64,000 nucleotides of DNA from positions 1,568,001 to 1,632,000 of the forward strand of contig CBDCWI010000001.1 of the NCBI GenBank assembly GCA_965223325.1. The letters run 5' to 3'. How positions within the stretch are numbered: the first letter of the stretch is position 1; each line of letters starts with the position of its first letter. The notes beneath the pieces are model-generated. The model had not been told where the DNA came from and did not search any database. It saw only the letters and a list, made by a program, of their open reading frames with translations. A program made the position numbers and the translations under genes. This DNA is from Candidatus Multivoradales bacterium (GTDB lineage: Bacteria > Acidobacteriota > Thermoanaerobaculia > Multivoradales > Multivoraceae). Shown here piece by piece: positions 19,549-30,166 of this stretch.

Positions 19549-20470
19549 CTAACCGGTCTCCTCTTCTGAACCAACGGCGGCTTCCTCAGCCCGTGTCGGG
19601 CCGATCTGCTGGAGGGTCTCGAGAGAGGGCGGGACCATCGTGCGGCCCACGGTGTTTTCGAACACCTCCGTGAACTCGGGAAGATGCGCCGACAACTCGG
19701 CAGGAGAACGCACCTGCCACTCGTCCTCGCGAGGACCGTAGGCCTCCTGCAGATCCCACGCTGTTGACATGAACCAGTAGGCGAACTCCTGCATGACCAC
19801 CCGATCGCGGACGTGTGGATCCGCAATATCGTCGTAGGAGTCGATCTCGTAGATGCCGAGGGCGATCGCGCGCTCCATTGCCCTCTGGAGCGCAGAGGTC
19901 TCGTTGATCCCCCACGCATCCGGGAAGGTGTAGTGCAGGCCGATGTCTGAGACGTAGTGAAGGATGTGTTCCACCACTTCCATGACCTGAGCCGGGACCT
20001 CGGCCATGATGATGTCGCACACCGAGTGTGAACTCTCGACCACCTGCCATCCCTGGCTGTCCCACGAACGACATGTCGTCGCCCAAGGGCACCGGAATCA
20101 GCGCGCGGTACCGCGCGTGGTTGCGGAGTATCTCTTCCTGCAGCTCGAGATCGAGCTCAGGATCCTGCGGGAAGATCTCCCGAATCGCCTGCGCCACCAG
20201 GTCCAGAAACTCCTCGGGCACGTCATCACGAGCCACCAGCGTGAGACCGTAGACCTCGCGTTTCCTGGTGAACGGTGGGTAGGCGTCGGTCGACACTGTG
20301 CCGGAGTCGAGTCGCACAACCGGCGAGGGTTCGCCCGGTGTCGTCTGAATACATCCGCCAAGTGGCGGACTTGGTTCTAAGACTGAAACCGAGGCCAGCT
20401 CTCCCAGGCAACCCGACGAGAGGACGGCCACGATCCCAAACACGGCAACCGGGATGAAGACATGCTGCAT
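19549..20470 (-). pseudogene. Putative lipoprotein of unknown function split by a 1-nt frameshift near 20050-20065
   Basis: Signal/lipobox MQHVFIPVAVFGIVAVLSSGC; the frame changes at G runs (GTGGGAC / CAGGGATG) into WQVVESSHSVCDII..VVEHILH. Confidence 0.6.
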
Positions 20471-20578
20471 GAGACACCTCTCGAGAAGACCAGGAGGCCA
20501 AGGCGACGGGAAAGCGGCGAAGGCGCGCGACCACATATTTGCCACCCTACGCCCCAGCCTCTGTGTCATTCTCTCCGA

Positions 20579-21505
20579 ATGACGACGACCGACAAGGCGG
20601 GCGCGACTCTCGATTCGATCGACGCCATCGTCTCCACCCTGGCCAGCGAAGGCTACGTCGCTGATCGTGCCCTGGCGACGTCGATTCATCTTGCCTTACG
20701 GCTCGAGAAGCCGCTGTTTCTCGAGGGTGAACCGGGAGTTGGCAAGACTGAGGTCGCCCGCGTCCTCGCGACCGTGCTGGGCGGCGGCCTGGTCCGGTTG
20801 CAGTGCTATGAAGGTCTCGACCTTCATAGCGCGGCCTACGAGTGGAACTACCCCAAGCAGATTTTGCACATTCGCACCCTCGAGGCAACCGGGCAACACA
20901 CCGCCGTCGAAGACCTGTTCCGGCCCGAGTTCCTCCTCGAGCGCCCCTTGCTACAGGCCATCGACCCGACGCTTTCAGCAGGCGACCCGCCACCGGTCCT
21001 TTTGATCGACGAGCTCGACCGTGCCGACGAAGAGTTCGAGGCGTTCCTGCTCGAGGTCCTCGCCGAGTACCAGATCACCGTCCCGGAGATCGGCACCATC
21101 GAGGCCGGGCGACCGCCAGTCGTCATCCTGACGTCGAACCGCACCCGCGAGATCCACGACGCCCTCAAGCGCCGCTGCCTCTACCAATGGATCGATTTCC
21201 CGTCGTTCGAAAAGGAACTAGCGATCGTGCGGGAGCGGGTTCCCGAAGCGAGCGACCACCTGGCCCGCGAAGTCGTTGGCCTGGTGCAGGCCCTTCGGCG
21301 CGAGGAACTGTGGAAGCGCCCCGGCGTCGCCGAAACCCTCGATTGGCTCCAGGCCCTTCTCGCTCTCGATCAGGAAGTCCTCTCCGACGAGATTCTCGAG
21401 AGCACTCTCGGTGTGCTGCTCAAGTACCGCGATGACGTCGAGGCGATCGACGACGAAACCGCACGGCGACTGCTTCTACGTGCGCGCGAACAAGCCAACG
21501 GGTGA
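20579..21505 (+). CDS. coxD: MoxR-family AAA+ ATPase (CoxD)
   Basis: LFLEGEPGVGKT, RLQCYEGLD, LLIDELDRADEEFEAFLLE, LTSNRTREIHDALKRRC. Confidence 0.9.
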   Translation: MTTTDKAGATLDSIDAIVSTLASEGYVADRALATSIHLALRLEKPLFLEGEPGVGKTEVARVLATVLGGGLVRLQCYEGLDLHSAAYEWNYPKQILHIRTLEATGQHTAVEDLFRPEFLLERPLLQAIDPTLSAGDPPPVLLIDELDRADEEFEAFLLEVLAEYQITVPEIGTIEAGRPPVVILTSNRTREIHDALKRRCLYQWIDFPSFEKELAIVRERVPEASDHLAREVVGLVQALRREELWKRPGVAETLDWLQALLALDQEVLSDEILESTLGVLLKYRDDVEAIDDETARRLLLRAREQANG

Positions 21506-21786
21506 AACACTTCTAGAAGCACTTCACTCGCCGCCGGACCCTTGGCGCCTTTCCGGTTGGTAGCCGCATCGCGTAGGTCTAAACAAAGGTGCACCCACAA
21601 GGACCGGTGCACAGGCGGGGCGGCGATTCTCTTTCCGGTGTGCGGACAGAGGGCGTATTCACCCTCTAGAGAGATCCCACATTCATGCCCGGTTTCGTTC
21701 GCTCGTGCTTCCTCATGGATTCACGCTGCCGCAAAGCGAAACGACGCGCATGATCCAAGAACCAAACCCGCACAGGAGATTCGCTT

Positions 21787-22485
21787 ATGAAGAAGCTACT
21801 GATTCTCGCCGGTCTGACCATTGCCATGGCAACCAGCGCCTCTGCACAGGAAAAGCTGGTTGCCGAAGCCAACTTCGGCAAGTTCACCCTCGAGGTGGTC
21901 GAGAACGGCCTCCTCTTCTCGCCCGACCTGGAACCCGGCATCTGGCTGGATGAGAACTTCGAAGAAGTACCGGTCGACGAGTTCGGCAACCCCACCGACC
22001 CCGACGCCATCCTCTTCCCGACCTACGGCGGTGAGTTCATCACCGGCGGCATTCTCTACCCCTCGGGCACCATCACCTGCGGCCCCGACGGCCTGGGTGG
22101 CCTGGCCTGCAACGGACTCCTCGAAGACGGAACCCCCGAGTTCCCTGACAAAGTCATCGGCACCTGGACCTGCCGTGGCTGGCACGTCGGTGAAGGTGCC
22201 TTCACCGCCACCGGCGCCTGGACCGCAACCAACCAGATCTACAGCTTCACCGCCAAGGTCACCGAGGAGTACGGCGCCATGACCATCACCACCGATGGCT
22301 TCGAAAGCCCTGAACCCAAGCGGGTGCAACGCGCCATCACCGGCGGCACCGGCTCCTACGCCGGCCTGCGCGGCGAGCAGGGCCAAAGGTTCCTGGGCTG
22401 GAACCCGAGCTTCGGAATCGCCCTCGCGGTCGACTTCCGCATCAGTCGGTTCTTTCGAGGCGCGGCCCCGCTTGCGCCCAACTGA
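21787..22485 (+). CDS. Secreted hypothetical protein, possible dirigent/allene-oxide-cyclase-like beta-barrel
   Basis: Signal peptide MKKLLILAGLTIAMATSASA; AITGGTGSYAGLRGE motif; AGGAG RBS. Confidence 0.6.
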   Translation: MKKLLILAGLTIAMATSASAQEKLVAEANFGKFTLEVVENGLLFSPDLEPGIWLDENFEEVPVDEFGNPTDPDAILFPTYGGEFITGGILYPSGTITCGPDGLGGLACNGLLEDGTPEFPDKVIGTWTCRGWHVGEGAFTATGAWTATNQIYSFTAKVTEEYGAMTITTDGFESPEPKRVQRAITGGTGSYAGLRGEQGQRFLGWNPSFGIALAVDFRISRFFRGAAPLAPN

Positions 22486-22888
22486 GTGAAGCCGGGGAGG
22501 CTCTGCAAGCGAGGTAGCAACGTGGGATCTGGAAGGCCCGTCGACCACCCCACCCGTCAGAGCCTTCCCACCCCTGTAACCCCCCACCCCAACAAGGCGC
22601 GATGATCGGTGGGACCCGAGCCGGGGAACGGTGGGTAGAGAGAGGGCCGAGAGTGTTCTTTCCGGCCGCACCAGTCGAACCTCCGAAGGCAAGAGCCTAC
22701 GAGCGGCCGGAAAGCGCAGGCGGCGCCCACCATCGCAGGCAAGTGAAGCGACGCTTTGCCCGGAGGCCAGGCGCCCACCGTTTCCGGCGGCGCCGCCCTC
22801 CACCGCCAACAGTCCCGCCAGACAACCAGCCGGCCGCCAGCGCGCCAGCTCACCCCACGTCGCACCATCGAGCCGCTATCGTCGAGCG

Positions 22889-24157
22889 ATGGACGCCTCG
22901 AACCATCTGCTCGAGAACATGGTGCTCTTCGCGCGCCTTCTACGGGCCGGGAGCCTCGAGGTCACGCCGCTGCAACTGCAGGACTGGCTTCGCGCCACGC
23001 GCTTCATCGATCTCACCCAGCGCGATGACTTCCACGCCGCAACCCGCTCGATCCTGGTAAGCCGTGAGGCCGATCTGGCCTGGTTCGAATCCGCTTTTCA
23101 TCTCTTCTGGCAGTTTCGTGACCCACGCGAGCTCGAGAAGCTCGAAATGGGACTGCTCGTCCAACAGGTCACCGAGCGCACTGAACGACTCGCCGCCCAG
23201 CGCCTGGCGCCCAGAACACCCGCAGCCGAAAACGAGTCGGGCGCGAGTGAGAACGGCGACGGCGGGAAGCCGCAAACCCTACCCATGTGGGGTGAACGCG
23301 ACGTTCTGAGGCGCAAGGACTTCGCCGACCTGTCGGCTGATGAACTGGCCGAAGCAAAGCGCTTGATCGCTCACCTGCGCATCGACCTGCCGCCACGAAA
23401 GAGCCGACGTCAACGCGCCCACCGGCGCGGCCGCGGTGCTGATCTCAGGCGCACCCTGCGGGCAGCAATTGCGCGTGACGGCGAAATGCTGCCCCTTCGA
23501 AACCGTCGCCAGATCATGCGGCCACGGCCTCTGGTGCTACTTGCCGACGTCTCAGGTTCCATGGAGCCGTATGCCAGGTTGCTGCTGCGATTCGTCGCCA
23601 CCCTGCATCGCAACGATCGGCCGCGCCGCGGCGCGCTCTCCGGCTACGGGAAGGTCGAAGCGTTCGCCTTCGGCACCCGGTTGACGCGCATCACTCGACA
23701 GCTCGAGCAACGCGATGTCGACGAGGCCCTCAAAGGTGCCCAGCGCGAAATCGAAGACTGGGGCGGGGGAACAAAGACCGGCTTTGCCCTGGAACGTTTC
23801 CACCGCGATTGGGCTCGCCGGGTGCTCGGGCGAGGCGCCGTTGTGCTGATCATCAGCGATGGCTGGGATCGTGGCGACCCGGTGCGGCTGGCTCGCGAAA
23901 TGGCGCGGCTGTCGCGCCGCTGCCACCGGTTGATCTGGCTGAATCCGCTCCTGGGCTCACCGCGCTACCGCCCGCTAACGCGCGGTATGCAAGCGGCACT
24001 TCCCTGGATCGATGACTTTCTCCCGGTCCACAACCTCAACAGCCTCGAGCAGCTGGCGGTGGCCCTCGCCCAACTCGGCCGCGGCGTGAAGGCGTCTCGG
24101 CGGCAGGCGCTCACCAACACCTTCGCGGCGAGCTCGGAAAGCCAGCTACGATCGTAG
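22889..24157 (+). CDS. coxE: VWA domain protein (CoxE)
   Basis: LVLLADVSGSMEPY, FAFGTRLTRIT, WGGGT, IISDGWDRG, LIWLNPL. Confidence 0.9.
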   Translation: MDASNHLLENMVLFARLLRAGSLEVTPLQLQDWLRATRFIDLTQRDDFHAATRSILVSREADLAWFESAFHLFWQFRDPRELEKLEMGLLVQQVTERTERLAAQRLAPRTPAAENESGASENGDGGKPQTLPMWGERDVLRRKDFADLSADELAEAKRLIAHLRIDLPPRKSRRQRAHRRGRGADLRRTLRAAIARDGEMLPLRNRRQIMRPRPLVLLADVSGSMEPYARLLLRFVATLHRNDRPRRGALSGYGKVEAFAFGTRLTRITRQLEQRDVDEALKGAQREIEDWGGGTKTGFALERFHRDWARRVLGRGAVVLIISDGWDRGDPVRLAREMARLSRRCHRLIWLNPLLGSPRYRPLTRGMQAALPWIDDFLPVHNLNSLEQLAVALAQLGRGVKASRRQALTNTFAASSESQLRS

Positions 24158-24159
24158 GC

Positions 24160-25236
24160 ATGCGAACGGTCCTCCCTGAGATCAAACGCTGGCAGAACGA
24201 CGGCCAGCAAGTCGCTCTTGCGACGGTCGTGCGCACCAGCGGCTCGAGTCCGCGCCCACTCGGTTCACGGATGGTGATCTCCTCCGGCGGATCGATGGCG
24301 GGCTCGGTCTCGGGCGGCTGCGTCGAGGGCTCTGTGTTCACCGAAGCGCAAGAGGTCATCGCAAGCGGCACTCCGCGGGTCGCCGAGTACGGCATCACGG
24401 ATGACGAAGCCTGGGCGGTGGGACTGTCCTGCGGTGGCCAGCTCGACGTGCTCATCGAGCCAGTGCCGGCACTCGCCGCCGAGGACCAGGAAGATCCGCA
24501 GCCGCTAGCCGCAATGTTCAACGCCGCCGCCTCGGACCAGTCGGCGGTTTCGGCTACCGTCCTCCTGACCCCGGCCACCACCGCGGGCCTCCTCGTCGGC
24601 AACCGGCTGTTCGTCGGTCGGTGCGCCGAAATCGGTTCTCTCGGATCGCCGGCCTTCGACGACGCGGCACGCCCCCAGGCAGAGAGGGCTCTCGAAGACA
24701 ACTCCTCACGAACCATCACGATCGAGACCGACGGAGAAAGCGCCTCGATCTTTCTCGACGTCACGCGACCAGACCCCAGGCTGGTGATCGTCGGCGCCGT
24801 TCACACCGCCATCCACCTGGTGCACTTCGCCAACGAGCTCGGTTTTAAAACCATCGTCGTCGACCCACGAACCGCCTTCGCCAACGAAGAGCGGTTCCCA
24901 CACTGCGACGAGCTCATCGTCGAGTGGCCGGAGCGCGCGATCGGAGCGATGAATACGCACGAAGAAGCCTACTTCGCCTTTCTCAGTCACGATCCCAAGC
25001 TCGACGACCCCGGGCTCGTTCGGGCCCTCGCCAGCGAAGCTCGCTACGTAGGAGCTCTAGGCTCGAAGAAGACACACGCGAAGCGCATCGCGTCACTCGA
25101 GGAACTTGGAGTTCCGACCGAACAGATCGAACGCATCCACAACCCCATCGGGCTGAAGCTCGGCGGCCGTAGGCCCCAGGAGATCGCCGCTGGAATCGCC
25201 GCCCAACTGGTCCAGGCGCGCTACGGTCGGCTTTGA
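24160..25236 (+). CDS. xdhC: XdhC/CoxF family molybdenum cofactor insertion chaperone
   Basis: GSSPRPLGS, GSVSGGCVEG, GLSCGG, YVGALGSKKT, PIGLKLGG. Confidence 0.9.
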   Translation: MRTVLPEIKRWQNDGQQVALATVVRTSGSSPRPLGSRMVISSGGSMAGSVSGGCVEGSVFTEAQEVIASGTPRVAEYGITDDEAWAVGLSCGGQLDVLIEPVPALAAEDQEDPQPLAAMFNAAASDQSAVSATVLLTPATTAGLLVGNRLFVGRCAEIGSLGSPAFDDAARPQAERALEDNSSRTITIETDGESASIFLDVTRPDPRLVIVGAVHTAIHLVHFANELGFKTIVVDPRTAFANEERFPHCDELIVEWPERAIGAMNTHEEAYFAFLSHDPKLDDPGLVRALASEARYVGALGSKKTHAKRIASLEELGVPTEQIERIHNPIGLKLGGRRPQEIAAGIAAQLVQARYGRL

Positions 25237-25865
25237 GCGCCAACCGCTATCAGCACTCAGGCAGCCAGCCGCCTGCATGCGCCGGCGTGCTCCTGGCCGC
25301 CGGCCGTTCCCACCGTTTCGGTGCCACTCTTCCCAAACAGCTCCAGCTGTTCGGAGGCGAGACCTTGGTTCACCGAGCGGCCCGCGTTCTTCTCGCGTCA
25401 CGCCTCGAACCCATTCTCGTCGTCACCGGCTACTGCGCCAGTGAAGTCGAAGGCGAACTCGACCGACTGGCGGTCAGAACGGTCACCAACGAAACCTGGG
25501 AAAGCGGCCAGGCGTCATCCGTCAAGACGGCCATCGACACCCTGCCTTCCGGGCTCGCTGGAGCTCTCTTTCTGCCCACCGACCAGCCGTTCGTCGACAC
25601 GCCGCTGCTCGACCTGCTGCTCGATCGCTTCATCGAAGGCGGCCAGGAGCACATCGTCGTCCCCACCTACCGGGGTCGGCGCGGTGCGCCGGTTCTCTTC
25701 CCGGTCGATCTCTGGGGTGAGCTCGCCAGTCTGGATGGCGACCAGGGCGGGCGCCAACTGCTCGCTGCTCACACCCGGCGCGTTCGCGAGGTCGAACTCG
25801 ACAGCGAAGCGCCGCTTCTCGACATTGATACCCAGGGCGACCTCGAACGGTTGGAGAAGCGATAG
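25233..25865 (+). CDS. mocA: Molybdenum cofactor cytidylyltransferase
   Basis: LLAAGRSHRFG..KQL, DQPFV, RGAPVLF, GDQGGR, DIDT. Confidence 0.85.
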   Translation: MSANRYQHSGSQPPACAGVLLAAGRSHRFGATLPKQLQLFGGETLVHRAARVLLASRLEPILVVTGYCASEVEGELDRLAVRTVTNETWESGQASSVKTAIDTLPSGLAGALFLPTDQPFVDTPLLDLLLDRFIEGGQEHIVVPTYRGRRGAPVLFPVDLWGELASLDGDQGGRQLLAAHTRRVREVELDSEAPLLDIDTQGDLERLEKR

Positions 25866-25930
25866 CCTGGCCTCGCCCGCTAGCGTCTCAGCGACCGTAA
25901 CCAGCACTCGACATCCCTTCGGAAGAGCCC

Positions 25931-27466
25931 ATGCAGCACGTCTACCGCCTCCGCAACCCCATTCAGAACTACGCCTGGGGCTCTCACCACACGATCGCTG
26001 AATTGCTCGGGCGCCCAAGTCCAACGCCCCACCCCCAGGCCGAGCTGTGGATCGGCGCCCATCCACGCGGGCGATCGATCGCGATTGCCGAGGTGGGTGA
26101 GGTCACACTCGACCAACTGGTCTCCTCAGGAGCCACCGCGGTGCTTGGCCAGCGAGCGGCGCGCACCTTCAAACGCCGCTTGCCTTTCCTGCTCAAGGTC
26201 CTGGCAGTCGAGAAGCCGCTCTCGCTCCAGGCCCATCCCGACAGGCGCCAGGCCAAAGCCGGCTTCCGGCGCGAGAAAGAGGCCGGCATCGCCCTCGACG
26301 CTCCTCGGCGCAACTACCGCGACAAGAACCACAAACCCGAGTTGGTGCACGCGCTGTCGCCTTTCGAAGCACTCTACGGTTTTCGCCCAGCCGAAGAGGC
26401 TCTAGCGGGTCTCGAAGATCTCGCAGTGCCTGGTCTCGCACCCTGGATCGACTTCCTGCATGGCGCCCTCCAGGCCAGTGCCCAGGAAGGCGCCGTCGAA
26501 GAGGCGACAGGGCGGCTGTTTTTGGCCCTCATCCGAACTTCGCGAGCCGAACAGTCCGACCTGGTCGCGGCAGTCCAGGAGGCGGTGGCCGAGCGCCTCA
26601 AAGACTTCGACTTACCAACCGCACCCCCTTCGCCCAGCGGCGAGGCGGCCGCCCTGCCCACCGCAGCAGAACCCAACGGAAGTGACGACGGCGAAGTACA
26701 GAGTGAAGTACAGAGTAGCGAGACCCCAACCCCCGCACCGCAATCGAACGCACCCGCCGAGCTGCTCTGGCTCGACCGACTGGCGCGAAGCGCGCCCCAT
26801 GACGCAGGGGCACTGGCACCTCTCCTCCTCCACTACGTGCGCCTCGAACCCGGAGAGGCCCTGTTTACCGAAGCCCGCGTCTTGCACGCCTATCTCAGTG
26901 GCACCGCGATCGAGCTCCAGGCGAGTTCAGACAACGTGCTGCGCGGTGGTCTGACCGAAAAGCACATCGACACCGAGGAACTGGCGCGGGTACTCGACCT
27001 GACCCCCCGCCCGCCCGAGATTCACCGAGGCGAAGCGCGGGGCTCGAACGAAACGGTCTTTGAAGTGCCGGTGCGGGACTTTGAGCTCTCACGCATCGAC
27101 CTCGACGCCGCCGCGGCCTGGCAGTCCGAGGAGCAGCGAGCCGTCGAGATTCTGCTCTGCACCGAAGGGAACGCAACGCTGGTTGCCGGTGAGAAGAGCT
27201 TGTCACTGCGTACGGGACAGTCTGTCCTGGTGGCGGCCGCCGGCCCGACCTACACCCTCGAGGGGGAGGGCTGCTTCTTCCGCGCCACGGTGGGCAGGCG
27301 CGGCCCCAATCCGTTCGCCGACGACGGCGAGGATGAAGATAACGATCAAGTCAAGGCAAACGGCGGCGATAAGTCGCCACTAGAAGAGAATGAGCCGGCT
27401 GCGAGCGCGAATTCCGAGGCGAATTCAGCAGCCGCAGTCAGCGCGCCGGCCGACAACGAGAGCTGA
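25931..27466 (+). CDS. manA: Mannose-6-phosphate isomerase class I, with a low-complexity insertion and acidic tail
   Basis: QNYAWGS, AELWIGAHP, LPFLLKVL, LSLQAHP, NHKPEL, HAYLSG, SDNVLRGGLT. Confidence 0.92.
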   Translation: MQHVYRLRNPIQNYAWGSHHTIAELLGRPSPTPHPQAELWIGAHPRGRSIAIAEVGEVTLDQLVSSGATAVLGQRAARTFKRRLPFLLKVLAVEKPLSLQAHPDRRQAKAGFRREKEAGIALDAPRRNYRDKNHKPELVHALSPFEALYGFRPAEEALAGLEDLAVPGLAPWIDFLHGALQASAQEGAVEEATGRLFLALIRTSRAEQSDLVAAVQEAVAERLKDFDLPTAPPSPSGEAAALPTAAEPNGSDDGEVQSEVQSSETPTPAPQSNAPAELLWLDRLARSAPHDAGALAPLLLHYVRLEPGEALFTEARVLHAYLSGTAIELQASSDNVLRGGLTEKHIDTEELARVLDLTPRPPEIHRGEARGSNETVFEVPVRDFELSRIDLDAAAAWQSEEQRAVEILLCTEGNATLVAGEKSLSLRTGQSVLVAAAGPTYTLEGEGCFFRATVGRRGPNPFADDGEDEDNDQVKANGGDKSPLEENEPAASANSEANSAAAVSAPADNES

Positions 27467-27622
27467 CTCAACCAGCGCCTAATGTCTTGCGATAGTCTAT
27501 TGCGACCGACAAGGCTCGCGGCCGAATGGTACTCTCCTAGGCAATTCTCGAAAACCCATACGGCGCCCGGTTTCTCCAGGGCCTGCGAAACCTCAAGCTC
27601 CTACCTCGAAAGGACCCGCTAA

Positions 27623-29261
27623 ATGTCTACCCCCCCCCCAAAAAAAGGGAAGGCTGCTAACTGCCGTTCTTCTGGCGGTCTCTATTGCCGCCCCTTCTGC
27701 CGCTGAAATCATTTACATCGATTTCAACGACACCCACTCGGCCAGTGAGATCACTGCCGCGCAAGAGGTCGTCCTTGATCGATTCGAACCGCTGGGTGCC
27801 ATCGAACTGGACCGTGATCCGAACACGCGCTCCCTCCTCGTCGACTTACCCGGCCACCTGGTCGAGGCGGTGAAATCCGACCCACTCGTCTTCGGAGTCG
27901 AAGACGCCACCGGATATCCATCAACGGTGCCCAACGGCATCCGTGTTTCTGTCGATGTCACCGGGTCTGGTCCCGATGACGACAAAAGAGACCGCCTGGC
28001 TGCCGACCTGGAACGGCTAGGGGTTCGAGAGGTCTGGCGGGCCAAACACACAAGTTCGATGCACTTCGACGTCCCCTTCGAATTCATCGGCGTGGTCCGC
28101 TCTCACGAGCTCGTCGAGCTTGCAGCAACGGACAGGGGCGGAACAGTTTCTCTCAACAAGAGTGTTCCTCTCGTCCTCAAGAACGCCGCTGGGGTGGGGC
28201 AGATCGGAAGGGGCTACTGGCACTCCTCGTGGGTACCCCGCTATGTCGTCGTGCTCGACACCGGGGTAGACGCCGGAACAGCGAACAACGGCCTCCTCGG
28301 CCGTGTCGACCATACTTATGGCGCGTGCTATGCGTCCGCGGGTGGGAGCTTCACACGCAATTGCCCGAATGGGCTGGACGAGCAGACTACCGGCACCGAC
28401 AAGGCATATCCGTGCGTCAACAACACCGGAGCCTGTGATCACGGCACCTGGGTCTCCGCAGTCGCTGCGGCCGATTCCGGCTACCCCACATCGAACAAGA
28501 TTGGCGTCGTCTCGAACTCCAACATGAAGGTCATTCCGATCAGAGTCTTTGCATCGCACACCAACCTCAACAACAGCGCCAATGCGGCCAGGTATGTGGA
28601 CACAGATGTCGAGAAGGCGCTCGACTTCGTTCTCAATCTCGTTATCTTCTCGGGCGTCAAAGTTGCGGCCGTCAACATGAGCATTGGGCGACATCACTTC
28701 CCGTCGGGCTCATGTACGGGCACCGGTCTCGACAACGAGATCGCCCTCCTCACGAACACCTACAAGGTCGCCGTGATCGCCGCCGCCGGCAATGTCAACT
28801 CGACAGACACGAGTGTTGGCACAGATGAAGATGAGTACGAAGGGCTGGAAAGCCCGGCGTGTGTCGACAACGTGATCGCCGTCGGCTCCACAAACGACAA
28901 CGCCCACCCCATACCAAGCTCCGAGTACGACAAGGTAACGGTCAATATCTGGAATGGCGGTGAGTACTTCAGTACCAAGAGTCACACAACCCTGGACCTC
29001 TGGGCCCCTGGAGCACGAGTCACCACCCGCGGTCCCACCGGGGGAATCGCTCACAACTTTGGCACTTCTTTTGCTGCTCCCCATGTTGCCGCGACGTGGG
29101 CGCGCCTCAAGGGCAAGTTCCCCAACAAGAGCGTTTCGTGGCTGCTCTCGCAGATTCAGAGCAAGTGCCCTACGAAAACCGACCCTCGCGACGCAACAAT
29201 CTCGACCGAGCGACTCTGTTTCGACGCCGCCTGGAAAGGCCAGCAGGACACCTCCTTCTGA
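27623..29261 (+). CDS. Secreted S8 (subtilisin-like) serine protease; 5' end frameshifted at a C10A7 tract (in-frame ORF from 27870)
   Basis: Triad VVLDTG / HGTWVS / GTSFAAPHVA; the frame stays open upstream to the signal peptide RLLTAVLLAVSIAAPSAA; ATG 27623 with AAGGA RBS is 1 nt out of frame. Confidence 0.85.
27630..27646 (+). repeat. Homopolymer tract C10A7
   Basis: atgtcta-CCCCCCCCCC-AAAAAAA-ggga. Confidence 0.9.
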
Positions 29262-30166
29262 TGTCCAGGTCTCGACCAGCCATGCTGCAACTCCCAACCT
29301 GGGCGCGATTCGCCCTCACGCTGGCCGCCATCGTCCTCTTGCCTCTCACGGGCATGTCCTCGGTGCATGCCAGCGACGACTTCGATCTCGACCCGACGAT
29401 CCGCTTTTTCTTCAAAGCGAAAGGAACCGATCGAGACCAGCTCCTGGAGATCATTCCGGCGCTAGGAGGCGAGATCCTCTTCGAGGAGAAGGGGGGTAAT
29501 CGTTTGATCCTCGCGCGAATCCCCCCGGAGCATTGGGGCCTGCTCCGCGATCTCGCGCGGACCCTGGACACCTTCTGGTTCCTCCTCGAGGACAGCAGAA
29601 ACTGTTTGCCGTACGCCGAGAAGTGCAGTGAGCGCCCTGTCTTCGTGAGCGCCTATCCCGCCGAAGGAGCCAGTTGGGAGGATGTGGATGCGGCGGCCGA
29701 AGCCCTCGGCGCCTTCTCGTACGGTGGCGGTCAGTACGACATGCTCGAAGCTTCCCTGAACGCGTTCGAAGCCAGCGACGTCGTCGCCGATGACGTCTCG
29801 CTCGAATGCTACAGGTGCCCGCGTCCGATCGTCACGCCGCTCTATCTGGGCCCGGGCCATCGCTTCGAGGCCGAGGCTACCTGGAAGTCAAAGCGGGGCA
29901 GTGGCACCGCCCAACCCCGAGAGGTCTCGGAAGACACCGGGGCTCTATGGTTCTTCAGCCCGTCAAACTACGACCTCTTCGTCAAGGTATTGCGCGGGTG
30001 CGATCTCAACGGTTACTGGTGGGTTCTCGTTTCGGGGCTCACCGACGCCAAAGTCGACCTGCGGATCCGGGACAGGCTACCTGACCGGTACCAGTCCTAC
30101 GCTTCCCCTGGTGGAGAACCGTTCGAACCAATATTCGACCTGGAAGCCTTCCCGTGTGGCGAGTGA
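29261..30166 (+). CDS. Secreted hypothetical protein, tandem copy 1 (propeptide-like N-region plus WFF/VKVL C-terminal domain)
   Basis: ATG overlaps the S8 stop (TGATG); signal peptide; C-term TGALWFFSPSNYDLFVKVLRGCDLNGYWWVLVSGLTD...FDLEAFPC. Confidence 0.8.
   Translation: MSRSRPAMLQLPTWARFALTLAAIVLLPLTGMSSVHASDDFDLDPTIRFFFKAKGTDRDQLLEIIPALGGEILFEEKGGNRLILARIPPEHWGLLRDLARTLDTFWFLLEDSRNCLPYAEKCSERPVFVSAYPAEGASWEDVDAAAEALGAFSYGGGQYDMLEASLNAFEASDVVADDVSLECYRCPRPIVTPLYLGPGHRFEAEATWKSKRGSGTAQPREVSEDTGALWFFSPSNYDLFVKVLRGCDLNGYWWVLVSGLTDAKVDLRIRDRLPDRYQSYASPGGEPFEPIFDLEAFPCGE

Noticed and set aside
21560-21640. c-di-GMP-I riboswitch-like fragment (GGTCTAAA...GGCGGGGCGGCGA)
   Set aside because: The GGCAAA/GNRA/GACGCAAA half of the aptamer is missing
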